Shown here: positions 8,095 through 18,781 of the stretch, one piece after another
Position numbering within the stretch: position 1 is the stretch's first letter
Layout: each line of letters starts with the position of its first letter
From: Clostridia bacterium
GTDB taxonomy: Bacteria > Bacillota > Clostridia > Christensenellales > UBA1242
Length of the DNA: 64,000 nucleotides
NCBI GenBank assembly: GCA_900767835.1
Contig: CAAGAO010000018.1
Coordinates: 125-64,124 of the forward strand
Direction of reading: 5' to 3'
Program-made: the position numbers and the translations under genes
The notes under the pieces: generated by a model
Database searches by the model: none
Seen by the model: only the letters and a program-made list of their open reading frames with translations
What the model was told of the DNA's origin: nothing

Positions 8095-11000
8095 TTGGAA
8101 GTTTTAGATACAATTATAAGTAAAGTAGGAATATTAAACAAAATGAGTGAGAGTGTGAAAACAAATCTCACTTTTTGTGTTAATGGTGCATTTATTGGCG
8201 AAAAAGTTTTAAGCATATATAATTTATCAAAAGAAAACAAAGTTGTTTTTGTTGCAAGTGACCAGATTGAATATTTGGAAGTAAAAGAGTCTTTGGAAAA
8301 TTTAAAAGTTGACTTTGCTTGCATATCTACAGACTTAACCCCGCCTACTTTTTCATATGTTAAAAATGAATTATGGCAAGCAGAAACAATAAGTAATCTA
8401 TATAATTTTGCATATAATTCTTGCAATATATTATTAATTAATTCACATACTTTATTATATAAATTTCATAGTAAATTAAATAAAAATAATTATTTAAAAT
8501 TAAATATTAAACAAAAAATAAATATGCAAGAAATTATTAATAATTTAATTTTAAATGGTTATAAAAAATGCCAAAAAATAGAAAAAATTGGCGATTTTAC
8601 GGTAAAAGGCGACATATTAGATGTATATTTGAATAATTATATAAGTCCAATTAGGATTGATTTTTTTGATGATGAAATTGATAATATTTATGAATATGAT
8701 TTATCAGAAATGCAAAAAACAAACACATTAAATGAACTAATTATTTTGCCAAATAAAATGTATAATTTTAATGACTACCAAAAGCAACAAATTTTAGCAA
8801 ATCTTAAAACCGCAATAGTTGGCACAAATATTAATGGAGATGCTCTTGTTAAAATTCATACTTTAATTAGTCAAATAACAAACGGAATTTTAGATGGTGT
8901 TATTGATAGCGATATAGATTTTGTTTTGCCTTTTGTAAAAGAAGAATATCATTTATATGAACTTTTGCCAGAAGCAAAATTTATTATTTCATCTCCAAAA
9001 CGAATTTATGACGACTTGCAAGATGAATACAAAAGTGTGTCCGCAAGTATTTACGATTTTGTGCAAAGCGGAGAACTTTTGTTAGAGCATCAAAACTTTT
9101 ATTTTTCAATAGAACAAGCCTTAAATTTTAAGCCAGCAATAGTTTTTTCAAATAGCACACAAAACATTTTTAGGTGTGACATAACTGATAATTTAAGAAC
9201 TATAGGTGCAAGAAATTATGTCTTTGACTATAAGTCGATGCTAAACGATTTGTTTATTTATGAAAGGTCAAACTATAAAATAATTATGTTCGCTGGCAAC
9301 AAACAGTCAAAACAAACCATAGGCGAATTTTTAACCAAATACAACATTTTCTATAGTGATGAATTAAAAAATAATAGTAAATTTCAAGTTATAATATCTG
9401 AAGAAAAATTTAACAAGTCTTGTAGTTTTTTAGATGCAGGTATAATAATTTTTGGTACTGATGACCTAATTAAAAAAACAGCAAGTCAAGTTAAAAATTT
9501 ATCGTCAAAGAACAAAAAACGAAATGCTTTTTATTTGCCAAAAGTGGGCGAATATGTTGTGCATACCACACATGGCATAGGTAAATGTGTTGCCCTAACA
9601 AAAATGAATTTAAACGGCACCGAAAAGGACTATTTTGTAATTGAATATGCTGGCGGAGATAAGTTGTATTTACCAAGCGAGCAAGCAGATTTAATATCAG
9701 CCTATATGGGTGGAGAAGCCGAGCCAAAACTACACAAAATAGGTGGCGAACAATTTGCAAAAATTAAAGAAAAAGTAAAGCAAAGTGTATCAAAACTTGC
9801 CATAGATTTGTTAGATATTTATGCAAAAAGAGAAAAGAGTAAAGGTTTTGTTTATTCTCCAGACAATTATTTATATAATGCTTTTGAAAATGCTTTTCCT
9901 TACTTGGAAACCGAAGACCAACTTTCTGCCATTGCCGATATTAAAAAGGATATGGAGAGTCCACGAATAATGGATAGATTAATTTGTGGTGATGTTGGTT
10001 ATGGTAAAACCGAAGTTGCACTCAGGGCAATATATAAGGCGGTTTTAGATGGCAAACAAGTGGCATTTCTTTGTCCTACAACTATTCTTTCAGAACAACA
10101 TTATCACACTTGCCAAGAACGTTTTAAGGACTTTATGGTAAATGTTCAAGTGCTTAATCGTTTTAAAACAAAGGCTCAGCAAGAGCAAATTTTAAAAGAT
10201 ACTATTTCGGGGAAAGTTGATGTTTTGGTAGGCACTCATAGACTATTATCAAATGATGTTGTTTTTAAAGATTTGAGTTTACTTGTTTTAGATGAAGAAC
10301 AACGTTTTGGTGTGGGCGATAAAGAAAAGATAAAAGACTTAAAAAAGAATATTGATGTTTTAACACTTTCTGCTACGCCAATTCCACGGACTTTAAATAT
10401 GGCACTAACAGGCATACGTGATATATCTATAATAGAAACTCCACCAAAAGAAAGAATAGCGGTTAAAACCTATGTTGCTGAAGAAAGCGACACTTTAATT
10501 TTAGATGCGTGCAAAAGAGAAATTGCTCGAGGTGGACAAGTACTTTATGTGTTTAATCGCGTTGAACATATATATGAGCAAGCAAAAAGATTACAAGAAT
10601 TAATGCCAAGTGCCCGCATTGGTGTTGCTCATGGACAAATGCCAGAAAAATTATTAGAAGAAACCATTTTAAACTTATACAATGGCGAGTATGACATTTT
10701 GGTTGCAACAACATTGATTGAAAGTGGTACAGATTTACCGCTTGCAAACACCTTAATTGTAATTGATGCTGATAGGTTAGGGCTTAGCGAACTATATCAA
10801 CTCCGCGGAAGAATTGGCAGAAGTAATCGCACTGCCTATGCATATTTTACTTATAACCCAAGCAAACTTTTAACTCAAGATGCATATAAGCGTCTTGATG
10901 CAATAATGGAATATACTGAACTAGGCAGTGGTTTTAAAATTGCAATGCGAGATTTAGAAATTCGAGGTGCAGGCAATATTTTAGGCAAAGAACAGCATGG

Positions 11001-11538
11001 ACATATGGAGAAAGTTGGTTATGATATGTATTGTAAACTCCTAGAAGATGCAGTTAAGGAACTAAAAGGCGAAAAAATCAAACAAATTCAACCAATTAAA
11101 ATGGATATTGCAATTTCAGCAAACTTGCCAGAAGATTATGTTAACGGGGAAGATGAAAGAATTAATTTGTATTCAAAAATTAGCACAATTTCAACCGATA
11201 AAGAGTTTGAGCAAATTGAAAACCAATTAAAAGAATCATATGGCAAGCCACCAAAAGAAGCAATAAATTTATTAAAAATAGCATATTTAAAGAATATTTG
11301 CGTAAATTTAGGTGTAAAAAGAGTTTTAATTAATGCAAATGCTTGTAAACTATATCTATATAAAATTAAAGAAATTATGCCAGAAGGTTTAGCAAAAGAA
11401 TTATCAAATCATAAAAATGGAGCACTATCTTTTGAAGATACTCCAGTTGTATCTTTTGATATGGGTATTTCCACAACAGAGCAAAAACTAGACTTTATGC
11501 TAGCCTTCTGTAAGAAGTCACAAGGTGGTAAGGTTTAA
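8095..11538 (+). CDS. mfd: transcription-repair coupling factor
   Basis: 1147 aa. RNAP-interacting region (GEYVVHTTHGIGK), helicase motif I GDVGYGKTEVA, DEEQRFG, TLSATPIPRT, QLRGRIGRS and the TRCF C-terminal domain. TTG start. Confidence 0.92.
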   Translation: MEVLDTIISKVGILNKMSESVKTNLTFCVNGAFIGEKVLSIYNLSKENKVVFVASDQIEYLEVKESLENLKVDFACISTDLTPPTFSYVKNELWQAETISNLYNFAYNSCNILLINSHTLLYKFHSKLNKNNYLKLNIKQKINMQEIINNLILNGYKKCQKIEKIGDFTVKGDILDVYLNNYISPIRIDFFDDEIDNIYEYDLSEMQKTNTLNELIILPNKMYNFNDYQKQQILANLKTAIVGTNINGDALVKIHTLISQITNGILDGVIDSDIDFVLPFVKEEYHLYELLPEAKFIISSPKRIYDDLQDEYKSVSASIYDFVQSGELLLEHQNFYFSIEQALNFKPAIVFSNSTQNIFRCDITDNLRTIGARNYVFDYKSMLNDLFIYERSNYKIIMFAGNKQSKQTIGEFLTKYNIFYSDELKNNSKFQVIISEEKFNKSCSFLDAGIIIFGTDDLIKKTASQVKNLSSKNKKRNAFYLPKVGEYVVHTTHGIGKCVALTKMNLNGTEKDYFVIEYAGGDKLYLPSEQADLISAYMGGEAEPKLHKIGGEQFAKIKEKVKQSVSKLAIDLLDIYAKREKSKGFVYSPDNYLYNAFENAFPYLETEDQLSAIADIKKDMESPRIMDRLICGDVGYGKTEVALRAIYKAVLDGKQVAFLCPTTILSEQHYHTCQERFKDFMVNVQVLNRFKTKAQQEQILKDTISGKVDVLVGTHRLLSNDVVFKDLSLLVLDEEQRFGVGDKEKIKDLKKNIDVLTLSATPIPRTLNMALTGIRDISIIETPPKERIAVKTYVAEESDTLILDACKREIARGGQVLYVFNRVEHIYEQAKRLQELMPSARIGVAHGQMPEKLLEETILNLYNGEYDILVATTLIESGTDLPLANTLIVIDADRLGLSELYQLRGRIGRSNRTAYAYFTYNPSKLLTQDAYKRLDAIMEYTELGSGFKIAMRDLEIRGAGNILGKEQHGHMEKVGYDMYCKLLEDAVKELKGEKIKQIQPIKMDIAISANLPEDYVNGEDERINLYSKISTISTDKEFEQIENQLKESYGKPPKEAINLLKIAYLKNICVNLGVKRVLINANACKLYLYKIKEIMPEGLAKELSNHKNGALSFEDTPVVSFDMGISTTEQKLDFMLAFCKKSQGGKV

Positions 11539-11573
11539 AATTAAGCACTCAATCACAATATAAATTTATAAAC

Positions 11574-11616
11574 AAAAAGCAAAATCTTTAATTTAAAACA
11601 AGATTTTGCTTTTTTG
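11574..11616 (+). terminator. rho-independent terminator after mfd
   Basis: GCAAAATCTT/AAGATTTTGC 10-bp stem (11579-11588/11600-11609) followed by T6. Confidence 0.65.
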
Positions 11617-11739
11617 CTTTACATTATTGATATTTTTGAAGTGCACAGAAGTATACAATAGATAAGTTATTGTAAAAACAACGAGATTCTGTGAAATACT
11701 ACATATTAAATCTTGTTCAAATTTACTGTTTAATTTTGT

Positions 11740-11768
11740 TTGCAATTTTGTTTTGTATATTGTATAAT
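11740..11768 (+). promoter_or_regulatory. sigma-A-type promoter candidate for the prsA-like gene
   Basis: TTGCAA (11740-11745), 17-nt spacer, TATAAT (11763-11768). Confidence 0.4.
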
Positions 11769-11868
11769 ACAAAAGTTAAAATTGTATGCTTTGGCAAAAT
11801 TTGGGCAAAAAATATATGGCACTTAAATTTTGCTTTTAAGTATTTGCTAAAAATATAGGAGTAAAAAC

Positions 11869-13593
11869 GTGAAAAATAAATTTAAAATAGTGGCTCTTTT
11901 GTTGGTCGCATGTATGGCATTTATGTTCGCTGGTTGTGATTTATTTTCTAAAAATTCGTCAGCATATTATAATCAAGTAGTTATTAGTGTTGCTTATGGT
12001 GATGGAAGTAAAATTGAAATTAATAGAAAGGACTTTTTAACTGCATATAACAATTATGGTCAAAACTTAATTTCTCAATATAATTATACAGAAGAAAAAG
12101 CAAAAAATGCAACCGTCGATGCTTTGGTTAATAGAAAAATTTTATTAAAAGAAGCAAAATCTGTTGCAAAAACTGCTGAAGGTTCATCTGTTGAACTTAC
12201 CGACTTAGATAAAAAAGATTTAAGATATCAAACCTATGAATCTTTACTTTCTAATGCAAGAGATTATAAAGATGATATTAGAAATGCATGGGGAGAAACA
12301 AAGGAAGATGAAATGAAAAAAGACACATCTTCAGATACAACAGTCTACACTCCATATGAGAAAAAAGCACGTCCAGTTTATGATAAAGAAACCAAACAAT
12401 ATAGAATTGAATTAATTAAAGATGACACAACAAAAAGACCAAGCAAAATATTCAATAGTTTAGATGAAATTTATACCGCTTTTGTAAACGAAACAAAGAA
12501 TAACAGTGAAGATAAATATGCAAGAGAAGAATATCGTAGATATGTTGCATCACTTCAAGCATCACAAAAAGTACTACAAACAAACTATACAGAAGAAGAA
12601 CTTGTTAAAAATGAAATTAAACGCATTTATGAAAATTTAGAAGATAACGAATACATTACAAAATACCAAGACTACAAGCAAGAAAATGGCGGTTATTCAA
12701 CAATTACCGTTGCACAAGTTTTAGATAAGTATAAATCTATGATAAGTGTATCTAAATTCAAATATGAAAACGATTTAGATTCATTTAATAGTGATATGTT
12801 AGAAAAACGCGAAAATGTAAACTATTTTGTAAATGATGATTATTTCTATGTTGCTCACATTTTAATTAAATTTAGTGATGAACAACAAAAGGAGTATGAT
12901 TCTCTAGAAAACTTAAGCAATAAAGGTCAAGGAGATATAATTTCTGCCGAACAATATGAAAAACAAAAAGATGCTTTATATTCAAGCATTAAAGCAAGTG
13001 TAAGAGATGCAGAAACGGGCGAAATTACCGCAACTGATACCGTCTTAGCTAAAGATGTATTAAAAGAAGTTCAAGTTGCACTATCAAATGCAACAACAAA
13101 AGAAGCAAAAGATGAAGCATTTAGAAAATTAATGTATAAGTATAATGAAGATGGCGGAATTATGAATGCAAAATATCCATATGTTATTGGAGAAAACGAT
13201 AGCAAAATGGTAGAAAATTTCACAAAAGCATCAAGAAAACTTAACGATAATGGCGAATATGGTGCAATTTCCGGTCTTGTTGAAAGCGAATATGGTTTGC
13301 ATATTGTCTACTATATGGGCAAATGTGAAAATCCATACACAATACCAGCGGACAACAAAATTGATTTAAGAGATACTTACATTAAAGATGAAGGAACAGC
13401 ACAAGAAAAACCATATAGTGATGTTTTAATGCTAGATGAATACAAACTAAACAACTTAAACAACAAGACATTATTTGATTTAATTTTTGAAAATTTATCA
13501 AATGATAACTATAGCCAATTTGAAAGTATGAACTTAAATACAATGAAAAAAACTTATCAAATAAAAGTAACAGTGGTTAAAAATTTGATTTAG
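11869..13593 (+). CDS. parvulin-type peptidyl-prolyl isomerase lipoprotein (PrsA/SurA-like)
   Basis: Signal peptide with lipobox (MAFMFAGC). PpiC-type rotamase signatures (YFYVAHILIKF, EYGLHIVYY). Position after mfd is common in Clostridia. GTG start with GGAG upstream. Confidence 0.65.
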   Translation: MKNKFKIVALLLVACMAFMFAGCDLFSKNSSAYYNQVVISVAYGDGSKIEINRKDFLTAYNNYGQNLISQYNYTEEKAKNATVDALVNRKILLKEAKSVAKTAEGSSVELTDLDKKDLRYQTYESLLSNARDYKDDIRNAWGETKEDEMKKDTSSDTTVYTPYEKKARPVYDKETKQYRIELIKDDTTKRPSKIFNSLDEIYTAFVNETKNNSEDKYAREEYRRYVASLQASQKVLQTNYTEEELVKNEIKRIYENLEDNEYITKYQDYKQENGGYSTITVAQVLDKYKSMISVSKFKYENDLDSFNSDMLEKRENVNYFVNDDYFYVAHILIKFSDEQQKEYDSLENLSNKGQGDIISAEQYEKQKDALYSSIKASVRDAETGEITATDTVLAKDVLKEVQVALSNATTKEAKDEAFRKLMYKYNEDGGIMNAKYPYVIGENDSKMVENFTKASRKLNDNGEYGAISGLVESEYGLHIVYYMGKCENPYTIPADNKIDLRDTYIKDEGTAQEKPYSDVLMLDEYKLNNLNNKTLFDLIFENLSNDNYSQFESMNLNTMKKTYQIKVTVVKNLI

Positions 13594-13643
13594 TGTTAAA
13601 TATGCATTAAAAACAAAAATTTTACAATGTTTTAATAATAAAG

Positions 13644-13684
13644 ATACTTTGCGATAAAATATTTATTGCAAAGTATTTTATTTT
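13644..13684 (+). terminator. rho-independent terminator after the prsA-like gene
   Basis: ATACTTTGC/GCAAAGTAT 9-bp stem (13644-13652/13668-13676) followed by a TTTTATTTT run. Confidence 0.5.
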
Positions 13685-13810
13685 GTGGTAATATTTAAAT
13701 TGATGGTCAAAAAAACTTTGTTGATAAATAAACTTAAAAAATATAAACAGGGTCCTATTTTAAAAGGACAGTTTTTTTCTGATCAAAATTTATTAAAAAA
13801 TCAAATTTCT

Positions 13811-15043
13811 ATGGAAGATTATGAGCAAGAAACACTTGCTGAAAATCAAGAAAAAGAACTTGAAGAAAAAATTGGAGAAGCAAATCAAGAAGTCGCAAAG
13901 CAAGGGACAAAAAAGAAAAAAATAACAAATCTGTTATTGTTTATTGCTAATATTGTCATTGTCGCAATAATTTTAATATATCAACTAACAAATTCAGAGG
14001 TAGAGTCGCTAGGTAGTATTATTGCAAGTGGTCTTTTTAGGTGGCAGTATATAATTTATATTTTACTTGCACTTGCAATGATAATGATGATTGATGCATT
14101 TAGGACATCAACTCTTTTAAAACAATCTATGGGTAAAAGGCGGTTTGCACTTTGTTATAAAATGTGTGCCCTTGGTAGATATTGGGATAACATAACCCCA
14201 TTATCTTCTGGTGGTGAGCCATTTCAAATTTATTATCTAAACAAACATAATGTTAAAGCAGGCACGTCAATTTCTGTCACTATTGGTAGATATATAATAT
14301 ACCAATTAGGTTGGCTTATTATGGGAATTTGTGCAACCATTTATGCAACTAAATTTTATGGAGAAACTAACCTAGTTTCAGTGGCTTCCTATGTCGGTTT
14401 TGGATTAAACGCGGCAATGTTGATTGGTACATGGATTTTGTCTCGTAGTAAAAAATTAGGTAAAATTCTAGTTGCAAAAACATTAAAACTTTTACAAAAA
14501 ATGCATATAGTTAAAAATTATGAAAAACAATACGATAAAGTTATGAGCACTGTTGGTGGTTTTCAAAATACAATGGCAAAATATACAAAAAATATTTTCT
14601 CGTTTATAGGTCTTGTTTTTTCACAACTTTTACAATTTGTAATACAATACTCCATTCCATACTTAGTGTTCTTATCACTTGGTGGTACTCCAGACACATC
14701 AACTTGGCTTGCAATGATATTCTTGAATGTGCTTATTGATTTGGCATCAAGTTTTATTCCTCTGCCTGGTGGGACTGGAATGAGTGAAGTATCATTTACA
14801 ATCGTGTTTGGAAGTCTATTCCCTAATGGTACTGCATTCTGGGGACTTCTAATATGGCGTTTTATGACATATTATTCTTATTTAGTACAAGGCATTGCTG
14901 TTACAATTTATGACTATGTTTGGGGTGATAGAAAGTATGAGTGGCAAAAAAAGAAATGGGAATTAGAAGCGGAAAGCAATAAATTTAAAGAAAGTCAGGT
15001 AAAAAAATATAATAAACGAACAAAAGGTAAAATTAAAATATAA
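13811..15043 (+). CDS. flippase-like / lysylphosphatidylglycerol-synthase-TM-domain (UPF0104, TIGR00374-type) membrane protein
   Basis: Multi-pass membrane protein with SGGEPFQIYYL and LPGGTGMSEVSF signatures. The ORF is open from 13685, but a terminator ends at 13684 and a second small hairpin plus T-run lies at 13752-13779, so ATG 13811 is preferred. Start is uncertain. Confidence 0.6.
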   Translation: MEDYEQETLAENQEKELEEKIGEANQEVAKQGTKKKKITNLLLFIANIVIVAIILIYQLTNSEVESLGSIIASGLFRWQYIIYILLALAMIMMIDAFRTSTLLKQSMGKRRFALCYKMCALGRYWDNITPLSSGGEPFQIYYLNKHNVKAGTSISVTIGRYIIYQLGWLIMGICATIYATKFYGETNLVSVASYVGFGLNAAMLIGTWILSRSKKLGKILVAKTLKLLQKMHIVKNYEKQYDKVMSTVGGFQNTMAKYTKNIFSFIGLVFSQLLQFVIQYSIPYLVFLSLGGTPDTSTWLAMIFLNVLIDLASSFIPLPGGTGMSEVSFTIVFGSLFPNGTAFWGLLIWRFMTYYSYLVQGIAVTIYDYVWGDRKYEWQKKKWELEAESNKFKESQVKKYNKRTKGKIKI

Positions 15044-15080
15044 ATTTTTAAATGTTTTACTTTGTTTGAATTGTTTTAAA

Positions 15081-15119
15081 TGCAATATTTTCAAAGAATT
15101 TGAGAATATTGCATTTTTT
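15081..15119 (+). terminator. rho-independent terminator
   Basis: TGCAATATTTTC/GAGAATATTGCA 12-bp stem (one GU) followed by T6 (15114-15119). Confidence 0.6.
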
Positions 15120-15270
15120 AGTGGAGTATGCGTAGATAATTTTTAAAGAAAGTCTTTAAAAATTTTAATAATATATCTTACTAAACATCAAAAAAAGAGA
15201 AAACATTTGCGAAATGTTTTTTGTTTTTAAAACAATAAATTTGGACATAATACAAATATTAGGGGATTAT

Positions 15271-15786
15271 ATGAAACATAAAAAAACTATTATAATATCA
15301 TTTTCATTTGTAATTACTGTGCTTGTAATAATTTGTGCGATAAGCATTTACTATAATTTCTGTGGTGGTTTTTATTTTAGCAGAATATCAAAATATGCTT
15401 TTATTTTAGGCGAGGACAATAAAATAGAAGTAAACAATGATGGGGCATATATAACCGCTTGTAATTTTAGTGGGACAGTGCTAACGGATAATGATATAAA
15501 GCAAGAGATATCTATTCTATCAAAGGCTTCAAAAACCTTATATTTACGAGCGAAAATTCAAGTTGTTGGTCTGAATGAAAATAATATCATGTTTGGATAT
15601 ACAAACTGGGTACAAAATGAAGATGGTTATATATATTTTAATCAACCACTTCTAGAAAATGAACAGATTGGGTTGTGTAAATATATCAGGTTAAATAAAA
15701 ATAATAAATTTGAAAGCAATTTTGACTATATTTTAGTTGTTATAGTTGAAGCTTCAATTTCTCCTTTTGAGAGTAGTAGGAGTTAA
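15271..15786 (+). CDS. hypothetical membrane-anchored protein
   Basis: ATG 15271 is preceded by AGGGGA. N-terminal TM segment (IIISFSFVITVLVIICAISIYY). I recognise no family. Confidence 0.45.
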   Translation: MKHKKTIIISFSFVITVLVIICAISIYYNFCGGFYFSRISKYAFILGEDNKIEVNNDGAYITACNFSGTVLTDNDIKQEISILSKASKTLYLRAKIQVVGLNENNIMFGYTNWVQNEDGYIYFNQPLLENEQIGLCKYIRLNKNNKFESNFDYILVVIVEASISPFESSRS

Positions 15787-16889
15787 TTTGAAAATCTTTT
15801 TGAGTCAATTACTAATTTAGGAGTAAAAAATGGCATAAGTTCTTTTCTATTCTCACTTAATGTGTTGCCATCTATGCATTTTCTATCCATAAATAAAACT
15901 TTATGATTTTTGTTAGGCAAATAGCCATAAAAATCTTTCATTCCAACACCACAAAACAACTTAAAACCAGCATTTTGTAACAACTGATGTTTTTTGCAAA
16001 TTTCTCCATTATCAAAAACTTGCCATTCTCCATAAGGATAAACATATATGTTTGTTTTACCAATTAATGACTCGACTTCATTTTGCCATTGTACTATTTC
16101 TTTTTCAAATTTATTGTCGTCTATTTTGTTCATATGGTAATGTCCATAACTATGACTTGCAAATTCCCAACCATTTTCTTTTAATTTTGATATAACTTTT
16201 TTTGCTTTTATAATTTCGTCTTTACGATTTATTGTGTTTGTGTGACTAGTTCTATATCCTAAAATTCCGTCATATCCAGTCAAATTTAGAACACCTTTTG
16301 CCCCGTCACAAGAAAAATCAGGATGAGTCAAGATAAATTTTTCTAAAATAGGGATAAACTCAATATCATATCTAATGTCATCTTTATTGTTTAGTTTAGT
16401 TAAACTTGCAATATTGTTGTTCTTGTCCAAAATTATTTTATCTACCATACCTAAGCCTATTTTTTTACTATCATAGTTTACATCATCAAAACTAAAAACC
16501 AAAGGCTTTTTCCCTTTTGGTACTTTTATTTTATTTTTAACGACATCTCCGTTTTTGTTGGTTATAAAACAAGCGGAAAGTTTAACTAAGATATAATTTC
16601 TTTTATATAACGAGAGTAATATTGCTTTAAATTCTTTTGCTGTTATGCAATCGGCAAGATAATTCTTCTTCATAGGATTATTATTTTTAAAAGCAATGCT
16701 TGGATAAGCAATTAAACAATGTGTAAATAAGTGCTTTACATCATAAGTGGAATAGTATTCATTTTGTGCAAAAACAAATGTGTTGTTAATTAAGTGATAA
16801 TTAGGAAAAAATAACGAAAAAATCAACAAAAAACATATAAAAAATATATAAATATTATAATTATTAAAAAATAAATTATTTTTCCTCAT
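15783..16889 (-). CDS. polysaccharide deacetylase (NodB-homology) family protein, membrane-anchored
   Basis: FSFDDVNYD (TFDDG-like) and HSYGHYHM (HSxxH) motifs. N-terminal TM anchor. Confidence 0.65.
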   Translation of the reverse strand: MRKNNLFFNNYNIYIFFICFLLIFSLFFPNYHLINNTFVFAQNEYYSTYDVKHLFTHCLIAYPSIAFKNNNPMKKNYLADCITAKEFKAILLSLYKRNYILVKLSACFITNKNGDVVKNKIKVPKGKKPLVFSFDDVNYDSKKIGLGMVDKIILDKNNNIASLTKLNNKDDIRYDIEFIPILEKFILTHPDFSCDGAKGVLNLTGYDGILGYRTSHTNTINRKDEIIKAKKVISKLKENGWEFASHSYGHYHMNKIDDNKFEKEIVQWQNEVESLIGKTNIYVYPYGEWQVFDNGEICKKHQLLQNAGFKLFCGVGMKDFYGYLPNKNHKVLFMDRKCIDGNTLSENRKELMPFFTPKLVIDSKRFSN

Positions 16890-17010
16890 ATTTTTATTAT
16901 GTATTTATTTGTAAAAAAAATACGACAAAATTATTAAAAAATACACAAAACTTGCTGTTTTTTCTTAAAAAAAATTTGTTAAAATTTGTTTGAAACATAA
17001 AGGAGATAAA

Positions 17011-18219
17011 ATGGTAATTGATAATTCATATTATAAAAAAATAATTTACAAAAAAAATGCTTTTGAAGATGTAAAAACCTATATAAAATTAAATTATACA
17101 AATAAGAAAATATTATTAGTGTCAACAAAAAGTGTTCCGGCTGAATATGTTACTGTGCTTTTAAATTCACTTTTTTGTGGTAGTGAAAATGTACATCATT
17201 TTGTTTCAAGACAAAATTTTTTAAAGGCAGAACTAGATTCTTTAAATGATAGATTGGTTGGTGGGAATTTTGATATTATAGTTTCATTTGGTGGAGGTAA
17301 GTGTTGTGACACGGTTAAATATTTTGCAAGTATGTTCAAACTCCCTTACATTGTTTGTCCAACAATAGCATCATCTCTTGCTTATTTTTCAAATTACTGT
17401 GTTAATCCGTATGACTCAACAAAAAGTTTTTATGCTGAATTTCCAAATAAAATTTTCATACAAGAACAAATAATCAAAGATGCAAATTGCTATTCAAATA
17501 TTGAAGGACTTTGTTTTTTAAACTCTTTGAGAGCAGTATATGTTGAAGGCATTGCAAGGGATAATGAAAAAGAAAGATATATTTTTATGGGAATTGAAAA
17601 ACTATTAAACAAACTAAGTGAAGAACAAACAAATATACTTCTTTGTAATGAAGATTCCAACCTTGTGCTTATGGACTTGTTTATTGATTTTGGTTTTTAT
17701 ATAGGACTTTTAAACAGGGAGGAGTACTACTTGTTTAACATGTACTGCGTCTATGAAAAATTAGTATCAAATGAAGGACAAAGCAAAATGAGTGGCAAAA
17801 AAATGCTTTTGTGTGGTAAGTCTTTTTTATCTACTATGAAAAATTTTATAGAACTCAACTCGGTAATGTGTATGGAAAAAAATAATTATGAAAAGATATC
17901 AAATATTATAAGAAATAATGGTTTGCATTATAAAATGCTAAAAAATAATGCTTTTTTTGTTAGTTTTAACAAAAAAACATATATAAAAAAAGAGTTTTCC
18001 TCTTACAAAGAAAATTATTACAAAATGATTTGCGAACAATTAAGAAGAATTAGTGAGTTTTCTAAAAAAGTTCGTTCGGTATATAAATATGGAATTGAAG
18101 TCCAAAGCGACATTGAAAATATATATAAAGCGTTGGCAGTTACGCCATACATTTATGATAGTGGCAATATGGTTAATATGTTTGCAAATTCAGGTCTATT
18201 AAATAGTTTTTTGGCTTAA
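17011..18219 (+). CDS. Fe-ADH/glycerol(-1-phosphate) dehydrogenase superfamily protein (AraM/GldA-like fold), possibly non-canonical
   Basis: The SFGGGKCCDTVKYFA nucleotide-binding loop matches the GGGxxxDxxK signature. Start at ATG 17011 with AGGAG upstream. I could not find the usual metal-ligand His pair. Confidence 0.4.
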   Translation: MVIDNSYYKKIIYKKNAFEDVKTYIKLNYTNKKILLVSTKSVPAEYVTVLLNSLFCGSENVHHFVSRQNFLKAELDSLNDRLVGGNFDIIVSFGGGKCCDTVKYFASMFKLPYIVCPTIASSLAYFSNYCVNPYDSTKSFYAEFPNKIFIQEQIIKDANCYSNIEGLCFLNSLRAVYVEGIARDNEKERYIFMGIEKLLNKLSEEQTNILLCNEDSNLVLMDLFIDFGFYIGLLNREEYYLFNMYCVYEKLVSNEGQSKMSGKKMLLCGKSFLSTMKNFIELNSVMCMEKNNYEKISNIIRNNGLHYKMLKNNAFFVSFNKKTYIKKEFSSYKENYYKMICEQLRRISEFSKKVRSVYKYGIEVQSDIENIYKALAVTPYIYDSGNMVNMFANSGLLNSFLA

Positions 18220-18259
18220 TTAATGATTAAAAAACAACAATCGGTCAATAATTGTAGTT

Positions 18260-18724
18260 ATGAAAAGGCTGATTGTTTTTATTTTAATTGTGTTACTATT
18301 ATGTTTTACAAATCTTTCACTAACAAAAGATTTTAATATAGATAAAATATTTCCTAATTCTATAGTCGAAATTTTTTTTGACGAAAAGTCAGATTTTAAT
18401 TTGGAGAAAACATCAAATGGTGTGGGCGAGATTGTATTTTGCGATATAAACAAATTGTCAAGCATATTAAAATTAAACCATAATATATCTGGAGTTACAT
18501 TCAGAATTAAAAACGAGAATGTTGAAAATATCTTAAAAAAAATAAATGTAAGAAATACATACAATAAAAATTTTGGTATTTATGGCTGGTCGAATGTGTT
18601 AGATAGTATGCTAAATGTTAAAACAAATAGTTTAAAACTCTTTGATTCTTATGTAAATTTTCAATGTGTGGATAATGGTGATGAAATAATTTTAGGTTGC
18701 CCGATAATTCTTGGAAGTTATTAA
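18260..18724 (+). CDS. hypothetical secreted protein
   Basis: Signal peptide MKRLIVFILIVLLLCFTNLSL. Co-directional with its neighbours. The antisense ORF 18220-18564 is rejected. Confidence 0.5.
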   Translation: MKRLIVFILIVLLLCFTNLSLTKDFNIDKIFPNSIVEIFFDEKSDFNLEKTSNGVGEIVFCDINKLSSILKLNHNISGVTFRIKNENVENILKKINVRNTYNKNFGIYGWSNVLDSMLNVKTNSLKLFDSYVNFQCVDNGDEIILGCPIILGSY

Positions 18725-18781
18725 AATATATATGTATAAAATTTATCTTCTTGTCAATAATCATTGACGGAGGTAAGAAAT

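Noticed and set aside
7836-8426. 196-aa minus-strand ORF spanning the pth/mfd junction
   Set aside because: It is antisense to two confidently identified genes, and its translation is low-complexity Ser/Leu/Phe-rich with no motifs.
15783-15786. Convergent genes 15271-15786 (+) and 15783-16889 (-) with stop codons overlapping in TTAA and no terminator between them
   Set aside because: The overlap is real in the sequence, but it is a common compact arrangement and gives no specific evidence of antisense regulation.
18220-18564. 114-aa minus-strand ORF overlapping 18260-18724
   Set aside because: The plus-strand alternative has a clean signal peptide and is co-directional with its neighbours. 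The minus-strand product is Phe/Ile/Ser-rich with no start context.
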